A DNA stretch of 30,789 bases from Myxococcales bacterium (GTDB lineage: Bacteria; Myxococcota_A; UBA9042; JABWCM01; BTVJ01). Under the pieces are notes generated by a model. The model had not been told where the DNA came from. It saw nothing but the letters and a program-made list of their open reading frames with translations, and made no database searches. Both the position numbers and the translations under genes were made by a program. Positions 1 to 10,208 of this stretch are shown here, one piece after another; the first letter of the stretch is position 1, and the number at the start of each line of letters is the position of its first letter. The stretch covers positions 1-30,789 of the forward strand of contig BTVJ01000091.1 in the NCBI GenBank assembly GCA_045863395.1. The letters are read 5' to 3'.

Positions 1-153
1 GCACGCGGCGGATCGGCCTCGGCCAACCCCGTGGATGTACTTCGGGTCCCTCCCGGGGTTGGGCGGGGCCGAGGCGCCCGAAGGCGGCCATGAGGGGCGT
101 GCAGCTAGTTGTTGCTGATCCTGTCAGGGCAGCCGAGACGCAGGGCGTCAGAC

Positions 154-2016
154 TCAGAACCCCGTGCAGGTGAGCACGCCGGTGTAGGTGACGGTCGGGT
201 TGGTGGGCGCATCCGTCGGCTGGCAGGTGGTGGAGGTCGCGAACTGTGGCCCCGTGTCGGAGGGGATGGCGACGGAGATGCCGACGCCCTCACCGGGCAC
301 CACGTTGACGGTCATGGTACCGGTGCTCCCTGCATCCACCGAGGTCCCCGAAAAGATCGAGTCGCCCGTCGTGTAGAAGTGTACGTGGTCGACGCTGGAG
401 GCGTTCTTGAGGGTGATCGTGAGGTCCTGGGCGCCCGGGACCTCCACCGTGACCGTCGCCGTGATCGGCGTGAACGGCGAGCCGGGCGTCAGGTGGTGGA
501 ACACCACGGCGAGGACCTCTGCGCCGTCGAGGCGACTCCGGATGGCGTCGGTCACCGCGAGGGTGCGCTGGTAGCCGTTCTCGGGGGTGAGGGCGCCGAT
601 GGCCTGAGCATACTGCTCGTTGCACTTCTGGCGGGGCGCGCTGCTCCCGAGCGCACCGACACCGAGCCCCTGGATGCAGGCAATCCAGGGGTCGATCTTC
701 GCGGCGAACACGACCGCCCGGGCGTTCTCCTGCCGGTCCGCCACCAGGCTGACGCGGAGGCCCTTCAGGTCGTTCGTCGCCCCAGGGCTGATGGGGATCC
801 GCACGCCGTCGAAGGCGATGGCCGGCACCGTGAGCGTCGCCGCGCCAGGCGTGGCCCCGGCGAACGGGGTGCCGGTCACGCTGAAGCAGTCCTTCGAGAG
901 GGTGCGCGTGGTCCAGGGGTTGCGGCCGCGCGCGAAGAGGTCGTAGCCGGCGCTGACCACCATCTTGTTGGCGCCGCTCGTGTCCACGGCGTCGGAGCGC
1001 GGAGACAGGGTCCGGAGCAGCGCCCGCGCGGCGGACTCGGGGCGCGTCTTGTCACGCCCGTCGGGGCGCGCCACCCACCAGCCGAGGAGCCACGAGCGGT
1101 CGTCGGCAAAGTGGTGCCACGTCACGGAGTCCAGGAGCAGCGCCATCTGGTACGGCAGAAAGTGCTCTCCGCCCGTGGGGCCGAAGTCCTTCCACGCGGT
1201 GGCCCCCCGCTGCAGGGCCTCGAAGGCGCACCGACCGGACCCGAGGCGGTCATAGGCGCTCCAGTCCGGGCTGCGCGCCGTGATGAACTGCGCGGAGCCC
1301 TCGCGCTGCCAGGAGAAGTCCTTGTGCCGGAAGGGACCCATGACCACTCCCCCGGCCTTCACGTACCCCGAGGAGCGCGTGTAGTACCCGTGGGCTACGT
1401 GTCCGAGCTCGTGCACGAAGGTCGCCGCGCGGACCGCCTTGCCGGCGTCGTAGGGGATGTTCAGCCTGGTCCGGCAGGCCGCCCAGTCGCCGCTCGGGTT
1501 GGGGCAGGCGCTGACGGAGGCCCGAAACCCGGTGCCATCCTTCGCGGTGTCGAAGAAGACGACGTCGAACGGGGCCGCCGCCGCCGCCGCGTGGAGTGAA
1601 AAGGCGGGGAACAGCCTGTCGAAGTTGTCCATGCCGAACAGGATGCCCTTGCGGGTCGCCTCGACGAACGCCGCAGGCACGTTGGGGTGCGGCTGGATCG
1701 TGAAGTACGTCCCCTCCGCCGTCGGGACGTAGGCGGCCAGGCGAGCCTCGAGCGCCCCCCCGTTGGTGACGTCGAGCAGAGCCAGGTCCTCTTCAGACTC
1801 CTCGTCCTCGACGGGCTCGCTCTCCTCCACGAGCGGGAACAGCTCGTCGAGCTGCTGCTCCGTCAGGATGACCGGCTCGTCGAGCCCCTTCAGCAGCTCG
1901 AGCTCCTCGGAGCTCGTCCACTCCTCGGCTGCGCTCCCTCCGCCACCGCAGGCCGGGGCGAAGAGCGCACAGGAGAGCACTACGCGGACCACCGACGCAT
2001 GGAGACGGGACCCCAT
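154..2016 (-). CDS. Secreted lipoprotein, putative gluzincin-type zinc metallopeptidase (620 aa)
   Basis: Signal peptide with lipobox-like FAPAC and a GGAGG RBS upstream. HExxH motif (FVHELGH) is followed by WQREGSAQF, a likely third Zn ligand Glu. The C-terminus is Thr/Val-rich and beta-like. Confidence 0.7.
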   Translation of the reverse strand: MGSRLHASVVRVVLSCALFAPACGGGGSAAEEWTSSEELELLKGLDEPVILTEQQLDELFPLVEESEPVEDEESEEDLALLDVTNGGALEARLAAYVPTAEGTYFTIQPHPNVPAAFVEATRKGILFGMDNFDRLFPAFSLHAAAAAAPFDVVFFDTAKDGTGFRASVSACPNPSGDWAACRTRLNIPYDAGKAVRAATFVHELGHVAHGYYTRSSGYVKAGGVVMGPFRHKDFSWQREGSAQFITARSPDWSAYDRLGSGRCAFEALQRGATAWKDFGPTGGEHFLPYQMALLLDSVTWHHFADDRSWLLGWWVARPDGRDKTRPESAARALLRTLSPRSDAVDTSGANKMVVSAGYDLFARGRNPWTTRTLSKDCFSVTGTPFAGATPGAATLTVPAIAFDGVRIPISPGATNDLKGLRVSLVADRQENARAVVFAAKIDPWIACIQGLGVGALGSSAPRQKCNEQYAQAIGALTPENGYQRTLAVTDAIRSRLDGAEVLAVVFHHLTPGSPFTPITATVTVEVPGAQDLTITLKNASSVDHVHFYTTGDSIFSGTSVDAGSTGTMTVNVVPGEGVGISVAIPSDTGPQFATSTTCQPTDAPTNPTVTYTGVLTCTGF

Positions 2017-2418
2017 GACGACACCTCCAAGGCACGCGCTTCGAATTGGGACGTTACTTCGACGGTACTGCGTGCCTTGTCACCCCGCAAGGGGCGGCAC
2101 CAACCGCGCGTGGTCGCGCGCCGTGCAGGGGGGGCGAGGGTCGGAGCGGGCAGGAGATGCCCACCGCCAGCAGTACCTACTCAGTCGCCTCGAAGGCCGG
2201 GTGGAAGGTCGCGACGCCCGCGGGGACCTCCATGGCGCGGCAACCGTAGCCAGGCGGTGACGGCGCGGCAACCGGGAGCCGCACCGCACGCATGGTTCAG
2301 GTTGCCGCCCGGGGGCCCGACCCGCTATGGTGGCATGCGCGAGCCGGCGAGCGCGCGGTGGGCGCGCCGGCAGCGAGGTCGTACCGCGGCGGAGCAGGAC
2401 CGCCCAGGGAGCACACGC

Positions 2419-3015
2419 ATGAACGGCAGAGGTCCAGCCGGGCGGCCGATCACCCGCATCTTCGCCATCGCCTGCCTCGTCCTCGCGTGCGGCTGCGAGG
2501 CGGGGCACGGGGGCGGCGCGTCCGAGACGGTCCCACACTCGCACGAAGACGGAGACCACACCCACGACGTCGGCGCCCCCATGGACCCCAACGAACCGGC
2601 CTCCGTGGACGCCATCGGCTCGGTGCCCGCGGAGGTCGTCTGTGAGCTCGGCACCAAGTACGCGGGCCAGGCGCCCATCGACCCGGATGTGCCCGACTTC
2701 GAGGAGGAGGGCTGGACGAAGGCCGAGGTCGCCGCGGCCTTCACGGCGGACAAGGCCAAGAACGGCCCGGCGTATCGCGCCTACAAGGCGGCCGTCGCGC
2801 ACCAGGACGTCCTGGAGTGCGCGTTCTGCGCCTGCGGCTGCGGCCCGTCCATCGGGCACCTGTCGGCCATAGACTGCTTCAAGGACATGCACGGCTTCGA
2901 CTGTGGATACTGCCAGCTGATCGCCTTCCGTGCTGAGAGCCTGACGGCCCAGGGGCTCGCCCCGAACGTGATTCGGAAGTTCTTGCAGAAGGAGTTCCCG
3001 AAGCTGTCTCCCTGA
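2419..3015 (+). CDS. PCYCGC-motif family lipoprotein with His-rich linker (198 aa)
   Basis: ATG 2419 follows AGGGAG. Signal/lipobox LVLACGC and His-rich HSHEDGDHTHD are followed by AY..A...VL.CAFCACGC..SIGH.S..DCF...HG..C..C..IA, matching the PCYCGC family layout. The part of the 1687 ORF upstream of 2419 is likely spurious. Confidence 0.7.
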   Translation: MNGRGPAGRPITRIFAIACLVLACGCEAGHGGGASETVPHSHEDGDHTHDVGAPMDPNEPASVDAIGSVPAEVVCELGTKYAGQAPIDPDVPDFEEEGWTKAEVAAAFTADKAKNGPAYRAYKAAVAHQDVLECAFCACGCGPSIGHLSAIDCFKDMHGFDCGYCQLIAFRAESLTAQGLAPNVIRKFLQKEFPKLSP

Positions 3016-3048
3016 CGGCACTCCAGGGAGGCCGACGTGGGAGGCACC

Positions 3049-3495
3049 ATGAGACTCGTCACATACCGCCCCTTCACGGAGCCCGAGCTGCCCGAGCTCG
3101 AAGAGATGGTCCTGGCGCTCTATGCCGAGGATCCTTCCGGCGAGGCGATCACCCGCGACAAGGTCCGCCGGACCGCGGCTGAGCTCCTCGCCAGGCCGGA
3201 CAAGGGACGGATTGTCCTGCTCGACGTGGGTGGGCAGACCATCGGCTACGCCATCGTCATCCCGTTCTGGAGCAACGAGTATGGCGGGGACATCGCGACC
3301 ATCGACGAGATCTACGTGCGCCCGCCTTGGCGGGGGAGCGGCATCGGGTCCGACTTCCTCGAGCACGTCGCGGCGCACTGGGGCGTCGTGGCCCTGCGGC
3401 TCGAGGTGACCCCCAGGAACGAGCGGGCCAGGGCCCTCTATCTGCGGTGCGGCTTCGAGCCGGATGTGAACCGCCACCTGTTTCGAAAGCTGTAG
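3049..3495 (+). CDS. GNAT family N-acetyltransferase
   Basis: IDEIYVRPPWRGSGIGS (acetyl-CoA motif A) and LEVTPRNERARALYLRCGF (motif B); GGAGG RBS before ATG 3049. Confidence 0.9.
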   Translation: MRLVTYRPFTEPELPELEEMVLALYAEDPSGEAITRDKVRRTAAELLARPDKGRIVLLDVGGQTIGYAIVIPFWSNEYGGDIATIDEIYVRPPWRGSGIGSDFLEHVAAHWGVVALRLEVTPRNERARALYLRCGFEPDVNRHLFRKL

Positions 3496-3909
3496 TCCCC
3501 TTCTCAGCCCACCGCGTCTGCTCCTCACGGGGTCTGATACGCGAAACGGTCCGACTGCCCTGCGGCAAGTCACCGCTGCGGCGCGCAGGCGGGGGTCGCG
3601 CCCCCCGTGCTCCGGCAACGACAACGCAGGCGTGCCCGGGGCGCAACTCCTCCGGGCGCGAGCGGGAGCGCACCTCCAGCGCACGAAGGAGGCAGGATCG
3701 CTGCTGGATCCGGAGAACTTCGGCCCTACGAGCGGCGTCCTGGGCATTGAACGGCGCACATGCACACAAATCGCCCATGACGCTCTGATCGTGGACATGG
3801 CTTCCTGGCGGTGCTAGGGTCCCGGGTGACCGACTCAGTGATGGTCGCGGGGAGATGGGGAGCCTCCCTGCTGGGGTTCTGCGTCCAGCACCTGCGCGAG
3901 GAGGCAACC

Positions 3910-6900
3910 GTGGACCGATTCACCGCCGTGATCCTGATCTTCCTGCTCCTGGCCGGCGCCTGCACCGGCGGCGATCCGTCGGCCTCGCACGCCGCGGACA
4001 CGTCCAGCGCCACGGACACCGCGCAGACCCCGGCACAGGCCGCCCACGCCCTGGTGGCCGGCGACGTCGCCCGAGCCATCGGGCTCCTCCAGGGCGCCGG
4101 CTGTCTCGATGCGGGCGCCGCCACCGCCCTCACCACGGTCCTCGAGCCTGGCACCCAGGCGTCGCTCGCCGCCTTTGCCGAGGCGCTGGACGGTGCCGAC
4201 GTGTGCGCCGGCGGAGCGTCGTTCCTCCGCGCCGCCTCCAAGGCGCCACTGCTCCTGGCCTTCGAGGCGGACGGCATCGTCTTCGACGGGGATGGGGACG
4301 GCTGCTACGACAGCACGCTCTTGCTGCCAGGCGCTACCGTCGTCTCCCATGACGCAGATGGCGATGGGTGCCGCGACCAGCTCGACCACCTGCCCGCACT
4401 GGTCGCGCGCCTCGGCCTTCACGACGCCGTTGCCCAGGGCCTGCTCGTGCGGGCGGCCGATGTGGCCGTGCGCATGGTGCCCCTCCCCTACTGGCATGAG
4501 CCTTGGGCAAGCCCTCCGGGGCCGGGCTTCGACTGGCCGACCTTCCGCGCCGAGGCGGAGCCCCGCCTCGACGAGCTCGTCGCCTGGGCCAGCACCGAGG
4601 TGAGCGCCGGCGCGCGTGAGACGGTGCTCGCCTTCCTGGAGAACGCGCGGCCCACCGTGGCGAGCTTCCCCACGTTTGCGCCGCCCCCCTTCACCTCGGA
4701 CGGCGCCGTGCTCGACAGGGGCGACACCAAGGCAGACGATCCCGTGGGAGCCGTGGACCAGAAGTGGCTGTGCCTCTACGTGTACTCCGACCGCCTCGAG
4801 GCAGGCGATGCCGGGCCGGTGGAGACCTTCTCCGGGCACGCCTTCGTCGGGCTGTCCCAGGGGGACGACGAGTGGCGGCGCGGCCTCTACCTGTACGGGC
4901 ACGGCGCCAACTCCGGCCCGCTCCCCAAGGTCCCTGAAGGGGGAACGGTCACCGGAGACGGGTCTGCCGAGAAGGCGTCGTGGGAGAACACGGTGCAGCG
5001 CTCGTCCCAGCCGTCATTTCTCTGGCTGGAGAGTGCCCGGGTCGTCGGCCCGGGCGATGTCCGCAACGACGGGGGCGCCGCCTGGCACTATCGCATCTGC
5101 TGGAAGATCACCGGCGCGGAGTGGGACGCCGTGGCCGCGGCGATGAGCTCCGCCGTGGTCAATCCGCCGCTGTTCCAGCTCTTCCAAGGTCCTGCCGCAG
5201 ACGGGCAGAGCTGTGTCGTCTGGGCTGGCGGGATCGTTGCGCTCGCCGGCAAGCGGGTGCCCGACGGATCCAAGCTCGGAAACGGGAGCCCGTTTGCGCT
5301 GGCGAACAGCATCCACAAGCTCGTGAGCAGCGGCAAGCTGGGGGGCGCCGACCGGGTCGAGAGATTCCAGGGCTGCGGAGACGGAGTCGTCCAGACGGCC
5401 CTCGGAGAGTCGTGCGAGACGCCGACCAAGAAGTGCTCGGTCTTCGCCCATGCAAAAGGATCCACGTCGGCGACCGAGTACACCGGAGTCTGCAACCTGT
5501 CGTGCCAGTGCGAGGTCGTCGACGCGGAGCTGGGAGCAGGCACCTTCGTGGCCCAGGGGTGCTTCTACGACTGGGACTGTCCGAAGGCGACGCACCTTTG
5601 CTGGGAGCGACACTGCCAGAAGCCGCTCCCCGGGGCGGACCCCAACGTCGGGTCGTGCGCGTCCCGCCCCTCGACGGGTCCGTGCGACGATGGAGACCCC
5701 TGCACCGTCGGCGACTCCTGTGACGTGGGGGTCTGCAAGCCGGGGCCGGTGAAGAGCTGCGAGGACGACGGCAAGCCGTGCACCAGCGATGCCTGCGACT
5801 CCGCGACGGGGGCGTGCAACGAGCCCTTGCCCGATGGGACGCCGTGCGACGACGGGCTCTCGTGTACGGACGGGGACTCCTGCAAGGCAGGGGTCTGCCA
5901 GGGAGTCGTCGGCTTCTGCTGCGCCACGAACCTCGACTGCCCCGGCTCTGGAGACCCCTGCAGCTCCGTGGAGTGCATTGGCGGTATCTGTCAGGCCTTC
6001 GAGACCGGATGCTGCACCTCGGCCGCAGACTGCACGGGTGGAACGATCTGCCAGACAGCAGACTGCGTGGGGGCCCGGTGCGTTTATTCAAACGTGAGCG
6101 GGTGCTGCCTCGCCGACTCGGACTGCTCGACCGGAGACCCTTGCACCGCGGGTGTCTGCGACAAGACGACCAACGCGTGCAAGGTGTCCGCGGTCCCCGA
6201 CTGCTGCAACGTGGACGCCGACTGTGCGGACGACGACGTCTGCACGGTCAATACCTGCGTCGACCATGCCTGCCAGCACACGGTGCCGCCGGACTGCGCC
6301 TTGGCCTGCTGCGTCGACATGCAGTGCGAGTCGCTCACGCTGAACCAGTGCACCGTTGCAGGTGGTACCATCATCGGGAAGTCGTGCCTCGATGCGTACT
6401 GCGAGGTCGTCCCGTGCTGCTCGAGCGCAGGGTCGTGCAGCCTCGCAGCGCCCCACGACTGCTCGCCCCCGAGCGGCTGGCCCATGTACCTGGCTGGGAC
6501 CTGCTCGCCCGACCTGTGCCCGAAGGCCCAGGGCTGCTGCCTCCCGGACGGGAGCTGCTCCAACCTCGCGGCCCCCGCGTGCGGTGCGGCGAAGGGTGTG
6601 GTGCATGGTGGGGAGTGTGGCGTCTTCCTTCCAGAGCCCTGCCCCCAGCCCGACGACCCGGTCTGCTGCGCCCAGGGTGGCGCAAAGGCAGGCAAGCTCG
6701 CCCAGCGCGCGCTGGCGGAGTGCGTGGGCGAGGGCGGCCACCCCGCCGACGCGGCGCAGTGTGAGGATGCCTGTTGTCACCAGGGCGGCACGTGGGCGTT
6801 CACCCTTGCCGGTGAGTGCCCGGGCGTGATCGTGGAGCTCGGCGCCTGCATGGTCGACTGCTGCAAGACCGACGTCGACGCGCGCTTCCGCAAGGTGGCC

Positions 6901-9099
6901 GAGTGCGCCGCGACGGGGGGCGTCGCGGCGCCCTGGTCCGAGTGCGCGCTGGTCTGCTGCCAGCTCCCGAGCGGCGTGCTCGCCGACCTGTCGGCCTTCG
7001 AGTGCGCCATCAACGGCGGCAAGGCCATCCCGGAGCAGGCGTGCGGCCCCGTCTGCTGCGAGGACTCCGCGACCGCGACCGCGCTGCTCACGCCCTGGCC
7101 GAACTGCGAGGGTGTCCCAGGCAAGAAGATCGTGGCGTCGGACCGCTGCGACACCGTCTGCTGCGAGAGCCCGGCCGGGCCCCTGACGACGACCCGGGGC
7201 TCGTGCGAGCTCGACGGGGGGGTCGTCCTTACGGAAGAGACGTGCGTCGAGGTGTGCTGCCGCTATGGCTTCGGGGGGCCGAGCTGGTCGGTCACGGACG
7301 CGAGCGTCTGCTCGGCGCTGGGTGGGACGGTGCGGCCAGGCGCCGAGTGCGCGCTCGCCTGCTGCCTGGTGCAGCCCAACCCGGCTCAGCACCAGGTGCT
7401 GCGCCACGGGCTGTGCGACGAGAAGGGCTATCCGGTCGTGGGGGGGGCGAGCGCGCCGGCCTGCGAGGGGTTGCCCGTGACGTGCGGACTCGACGCCGAC
7501 TGCTGGGGCCTGTCGAACGTGCTGGACGCGATCCCGACGGAGGCCGGGTGCACCCAGAGCCACTGCGAGCCGGCGCTCGGGATCTGTGTCGTCACGCCTG
7601 CCGCGGAGGGGACCGCCTGCGAGGATGGCGACTCCTGCACGCTGGGCGACGCGTGCGACGACACCGGGATCTGTGTCCCGGGACCCGTGGCGTCATGTGT
7701 GGACGACACCGATCCCTGCACGACCCCGTCGTGCGTCCCGCTCGTCGGACAGTGCGCCCTCGCCGCTGGAGACTGTTGCCAGACCGACGCGGACTGCGCC
7801 GACGGAAACACCTGCACGGCTGACGCATGCACGTTCACGCTGAGCCCCGACAACGCGACCTTCGTGAAGCAGTGTCACAACGACGCCATCGAGGGGTGCT
7901 GTATCTTCGACGTGGAGTGCGACGACGGAGACTCCTGCACAGAAGACGGCTGCGTCGACAACGCCTGCGTGAACGTGCGCGCCGAGGGCTGCTGCATGGA
8001 GGAGGCGGAGTGCGACGACGGCATCGTCTGTACCTACGACACGTGCGACTGGAGTGGGGCCGGCCCGGCGGGGACGCCAGGCGCTCATGGCACCTGCAAG
8101 AACCAACTGTGGGAAGACTGCTGCACCGCGGACACGGACTGCGACGACGGCAACCCCTGCACGGCCAATGTGTGCGACCCCTTGCTGATCGTGCCGGTGC
8201 TGGGCAAGTGCATGTATCCATGGTCTCGTGAGACGTGCTGCAAGACGGCGTCAGATTGCGACGACGGCAAACCCTGCACGTGGGACGCCTGCGTGCCTGA
8301 TCTGGCGAGCAAGCTGTGGTCCTGCGAGAACCTCCCCATCGAGGACTGCACGCCGTGCGCGGAGGACGCCGACTGCGACGACGGCGACGCGTGCAACGGC
8401 GCGGAGACGTGCGTGCTGGGCAAGTGCACACCGGGGCAGGCGCCGTATTGTGGGGTCGACGCGCCGTGCCTCTCGGGCGCCTGCGACCCTGCGACCGGGT
8501 GTGTGGTGGAGCCCGCCGAGGGAGAGTGCGACGACGGCGACGGCTGCACGACGGCCGATTACTGCGCGGATGGAGACTGCCTGCCGGGTCAGGTCGTGGA
8601 GTGTGACGATGCGGGCCCCTGCATGACGGCGGCTGGCTGTGATCCTGGCGACGGGAGCTGCCTGCCGCCGGCGCCCGTGGAGGATGGGAGCCAATGCGAC
8701 GGCGGCGTCTGCCAGGGCGGCGCCTGCAAGCCCGCAGCGCCCCCCTGCGGCCAGCTCGGCGCCGTCGTGGACTGCGGCGCCCAGGCCGTCGCGGTCTCGA
8801 TCCCGGTGGAGGGTGGCGTCGCTGCCTTGGGCTTCTCGACGCAGGGCGCCGCGGCATCGGGCCAGGCGACCGTGTACCTCAGCCTCCCCAACAAGGACCC
8901 GGTCTACGCCGCCGAGGTCCTGACCATCGGCGCCGCGAGCTGCGGCCCCATGGTCCCCGTCCAGAAGACCCAGGGCTCCGGCTGGATCACCCTGAAGTTC
9001 CCCTACGGCCCCAACCAGACCTACGCGGTGAAGCTCTACAGGGACTTCAGCGCGGGCACAGGGCCCCTCGTCCTCACCATTGACGCCACCTGCCTCTGA
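3910..9099 (+). CDS. Giant cysteine-rich repeat surface lipoprotein (~1729 aa) with a possible N-terminal permuted papain-like domain
   Basis: GTG 3910 follows GAGGAGG; lipobox LLLAGAC. Two DxDGDG Ca-binding-like motifs, many CDDGxxCTxDxC and CCxxDxDC repeats, and a Cys-poor beta-rich C-terminal domain. Confidence 0.85.
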   Translation: MDRFTAVILIFLLLAGACTGGDPSASHAADTSSATDTAQTPAQAAHALVAGDVARAIGLLQGAGCLDAGAATALTTVLEPGTQASLAAFAEALDGADVCAGGASFLRAASKAPLLLAFEADGIVFDGDGDGCYDSTLLLPGATVVSHDADGDGCRDQLDHLPALVARLGLHDAVAQGLLVRAADVAVRMVPLPYWHEPWASPPGPGFDWPTFRAEAEPRLDELVAWASTEVSAGARETVLAFLENARPTVASFPTFAPPPFTSDGAVLDRGDTKADDPVGAVDQKWLCLYVYSDRLEAGDAGPVETFSGHAFVGLSQGDDEWRRGLYLYGHGANSGPLPKVPEGGTVTGDGSAEKASWENTVQRSSQPSFLWLESARVVGPGDVRNDGGAAWHYRICWKITGAEWDAVAAAMSSAVVNPPLFQLFQGPAADGQSCVVWAGGIVALAGKRVPDGSKLGNGSPFALANSIHKLVSSGKLGGADRVERFQGCGDGVVQTALGESCETPTKKCSVFAHAKGSTSATEYTGVCNLSCQCEVVDAELGAGTFVAQGCFYDWDCPKATHLCWERHCQKPLPGADPNVGSCASRPSTGPCDDGDPCTVGDSCDVGVCKPGPVKSCEDDGKPCTSDACDSATGACNEPLPDGTPCDDGLSCTDGDSCKAGVCQGVVGFCCATNLDCPGSGDPCSSVECIGGICQAFETGCCTSAADCTGGTICQTADCVGARCVYSNVSGCCLADSDCSTGDPCTAGVCDKTTNACKVSAVPDCCNVDADCADDDVCTVNTCVDHACQHTVPPDCALACCVDMQCESLTLNQCTVAGGTIIGKSCLDAYCEVVPCCSSAGSCSLAAPHDCSPPSGWPMYLAGTCSPDLCPKAQGCCLPDGSCSNLAAPACGAAKGVVHGGECGVFLPEPCPQPDDPVCCAQGGAKAGKLAQRALAECVGEGGHPADAAQCEDACCHQGGTWAFTLAGECPGVIVELGACMVDCCKTDVDARFRKVAECAATGGVAAPWSECALVCCQLPSGVLADLSAFECAINGGKAIPEQACGPVCCEDSATATALLTPWPNCEGVPGKKIVASDRCDTVCCESPAGPLTTTRGSCELDGGVVLTEETCVEVCCRYGFGGPSWSVTDASVCSALGGTVRPGAECALACCLVQPNPAQHQVLRHGLCDEKGYPVVGGASAPACEGLPVTCGLDADCWGLSNVLDAIPTEAGCTQSHCEPALGICVVTPAAEGTACEDGDSCTLGDACDDTGICVPGPVASCVDDTDPCTTPSCVPLVGQCALAAGDCCQTDADCADGNTCTADACTFTLSPDNATFVKQCHNDAIEGCCIFDVECDDGDSCTEDGCVDNACVNVRAEGCCMEEAECDDGIVCTYDTCDWSGAGPAGTPGAHGTCKNQLWEDCCTADTDCDDGNPCTANVCDPLLIVPVLGKCMYPWSRETCCKTASDCDDGKPCTWDACVPDLASKLWSCENLPIEDCTPCAEDADCDDGDACNGAETCVLGKCTPGQAPYCGVDAPCLSGACDPATGCVVEPAEGECDDGDGCTTADYCADGDCLPGQVVECDDAGPCMTAAGCDPGDGSCLPPAPVEDGSQCDGGVCQGGACKPAAPPCGQLGAVVDCGAQAVAVSIPVEGGVAALGFSTQGAAASGQATVYLSLPNKDPVYAAEVLTIGAASCGPMVPVQKTQGSGWITLKFPYGPNQTYAVKLYRDFSAGTGPLVLTIDATCL

Positions 9100-9286
9100 C
9101 GGCACACGCTGGCGGGCGGCGTGCCCCGGGTGCGCAACGTGCCCGAGAACGCCGCCCGGTATTCCGCGGGCCGCCTCACGCTCCCACTGGCGCGCAGCGG
9201 CTCCGCGGCGGTGGTCGGGGTGTGCGACGACGGCCCGGGGGGGCCCGCCCCCGAATCGCGAACGCATCTTCGAGGCACTCGGCCGT

Positions 9287-10208
9287 GTCGACGGGAGCCG
9301 CTGGGGCGACCGCCATCATGGTGCACCTCGGACAGACGACGACCCGGAGCGTCACGGAGCAGGTGACGCGCCTCGGGCGCAGACTGCTGGTCGTCACTCC
9401 GGTGACCCATGGGCGCTGCCCGGGCGGCACACGCTCCACAGCGCCGCCCTTCGACCAGGGTGACGCCCTGGCCACCGGGCGCGAGGTCTCGGGGATCCTG
9501 GTGGCGCTGGCGGTCATGGACATGGCCACTGTGGTGTTCGGCAGCGTCGACTGGACGGCGGTCGTCGGCACGGCCGCCGACCTCCTCCCCATCGGAAACT
9601 GGGAGGGCGTGCAGGGGCTGCTCCCCGAACCCGCCGCGCTGGCGTCGGGGGCGTGCGTGCTCAGGGCGTCGGGGGCGACGGAGCCGCTCGGAGCCCAGGA
9701 GCCGCTCGGGGCCGGCCTGAGCGCCGGCATGGCCGGCCGCACCGTGGTGGGTGTGCTCCGCGGCAACGGCCAGTCGGGGATGGGCCAGGACGATCACGGG
9801 ATCATGCCGCCGCTCACAGTGCAGCGGTGCCTCGCCGACACCCAGGACGCCGGCATGATCCACGTGGCCGCGCAGCAGGACGGCGACTCGACGCGCGTGC
9901 AGGGGGACAGCGAGCAGGCGGCCGCCGAACGAGTCGCCGCCCACGCCGTGGACCTGAGCGACCGCATCGCCGCGGCCCGGCAGCGCATGTCCCTGGCGGC
10001 GCGCACGGTGGAGCTGGCGGACCTGTCCATGCAGGGGCGCCAGGCGGCGTTCGAGGCCGGCGCGGCGACGAGCCTCGACTTGGTGATCGCGCGGTAGCAG
10101 CTCCAGGAGGCCCAGCTCCACGAGCGCCGCGCCCGCGCGGACCTGGCGACGCTGACCATCGCGCTGGACCACGCGACCGGGAGGCTGCTGGCGCGGGCGG
10201 CGCGGTGA
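9287..10208 (+). pseudogene. Decayed MacB-type ABC permease N-terminal part joined to a TolC-family C-terminal part
   Basis: AIMVHLGQTTTRSVTEQVTRLGRRLLVVTP...GMGQDD..IMPP resembles MacB. RIAAARQR..LA...VELA......QAAFEAGAATSLDL...QLQEAQ...ALDHATGRLL resembles a TolC tail. There is no good start and an in-frame TAG at 10095-10097. Confidence 0.6.

Noticed and set aside
109..3798. Long alternative ORFs (109-1599 +, 2080-3798 -, 5' part of 1687-3015 +) and similar shadow ORFs elsewhere
   Set aside because: They overlap better-supported genes and have the Arg/Gly/Pro-rich composition typical of off-frame translation in high-GC DNA.
3496..3909. Possible small gene or remnant between the GNAT and the Cys-rich gene
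   Set aside because: No frame gave a recognisable motif or a convincing start.
3910..9099. Multiheme cytochrome
   Set aside because: Cys-rich, but I found no CxxCH motifs; the pattern fits disulfide repeats.
10095..10097. Programmed TAG readthrough (pyrrolysine or recoding)
   Set aside because: The surrounding sequence is visibly degenerate, and TAG ends other genes here (e.g. the GNAT); a nonsense mutation is simpler.
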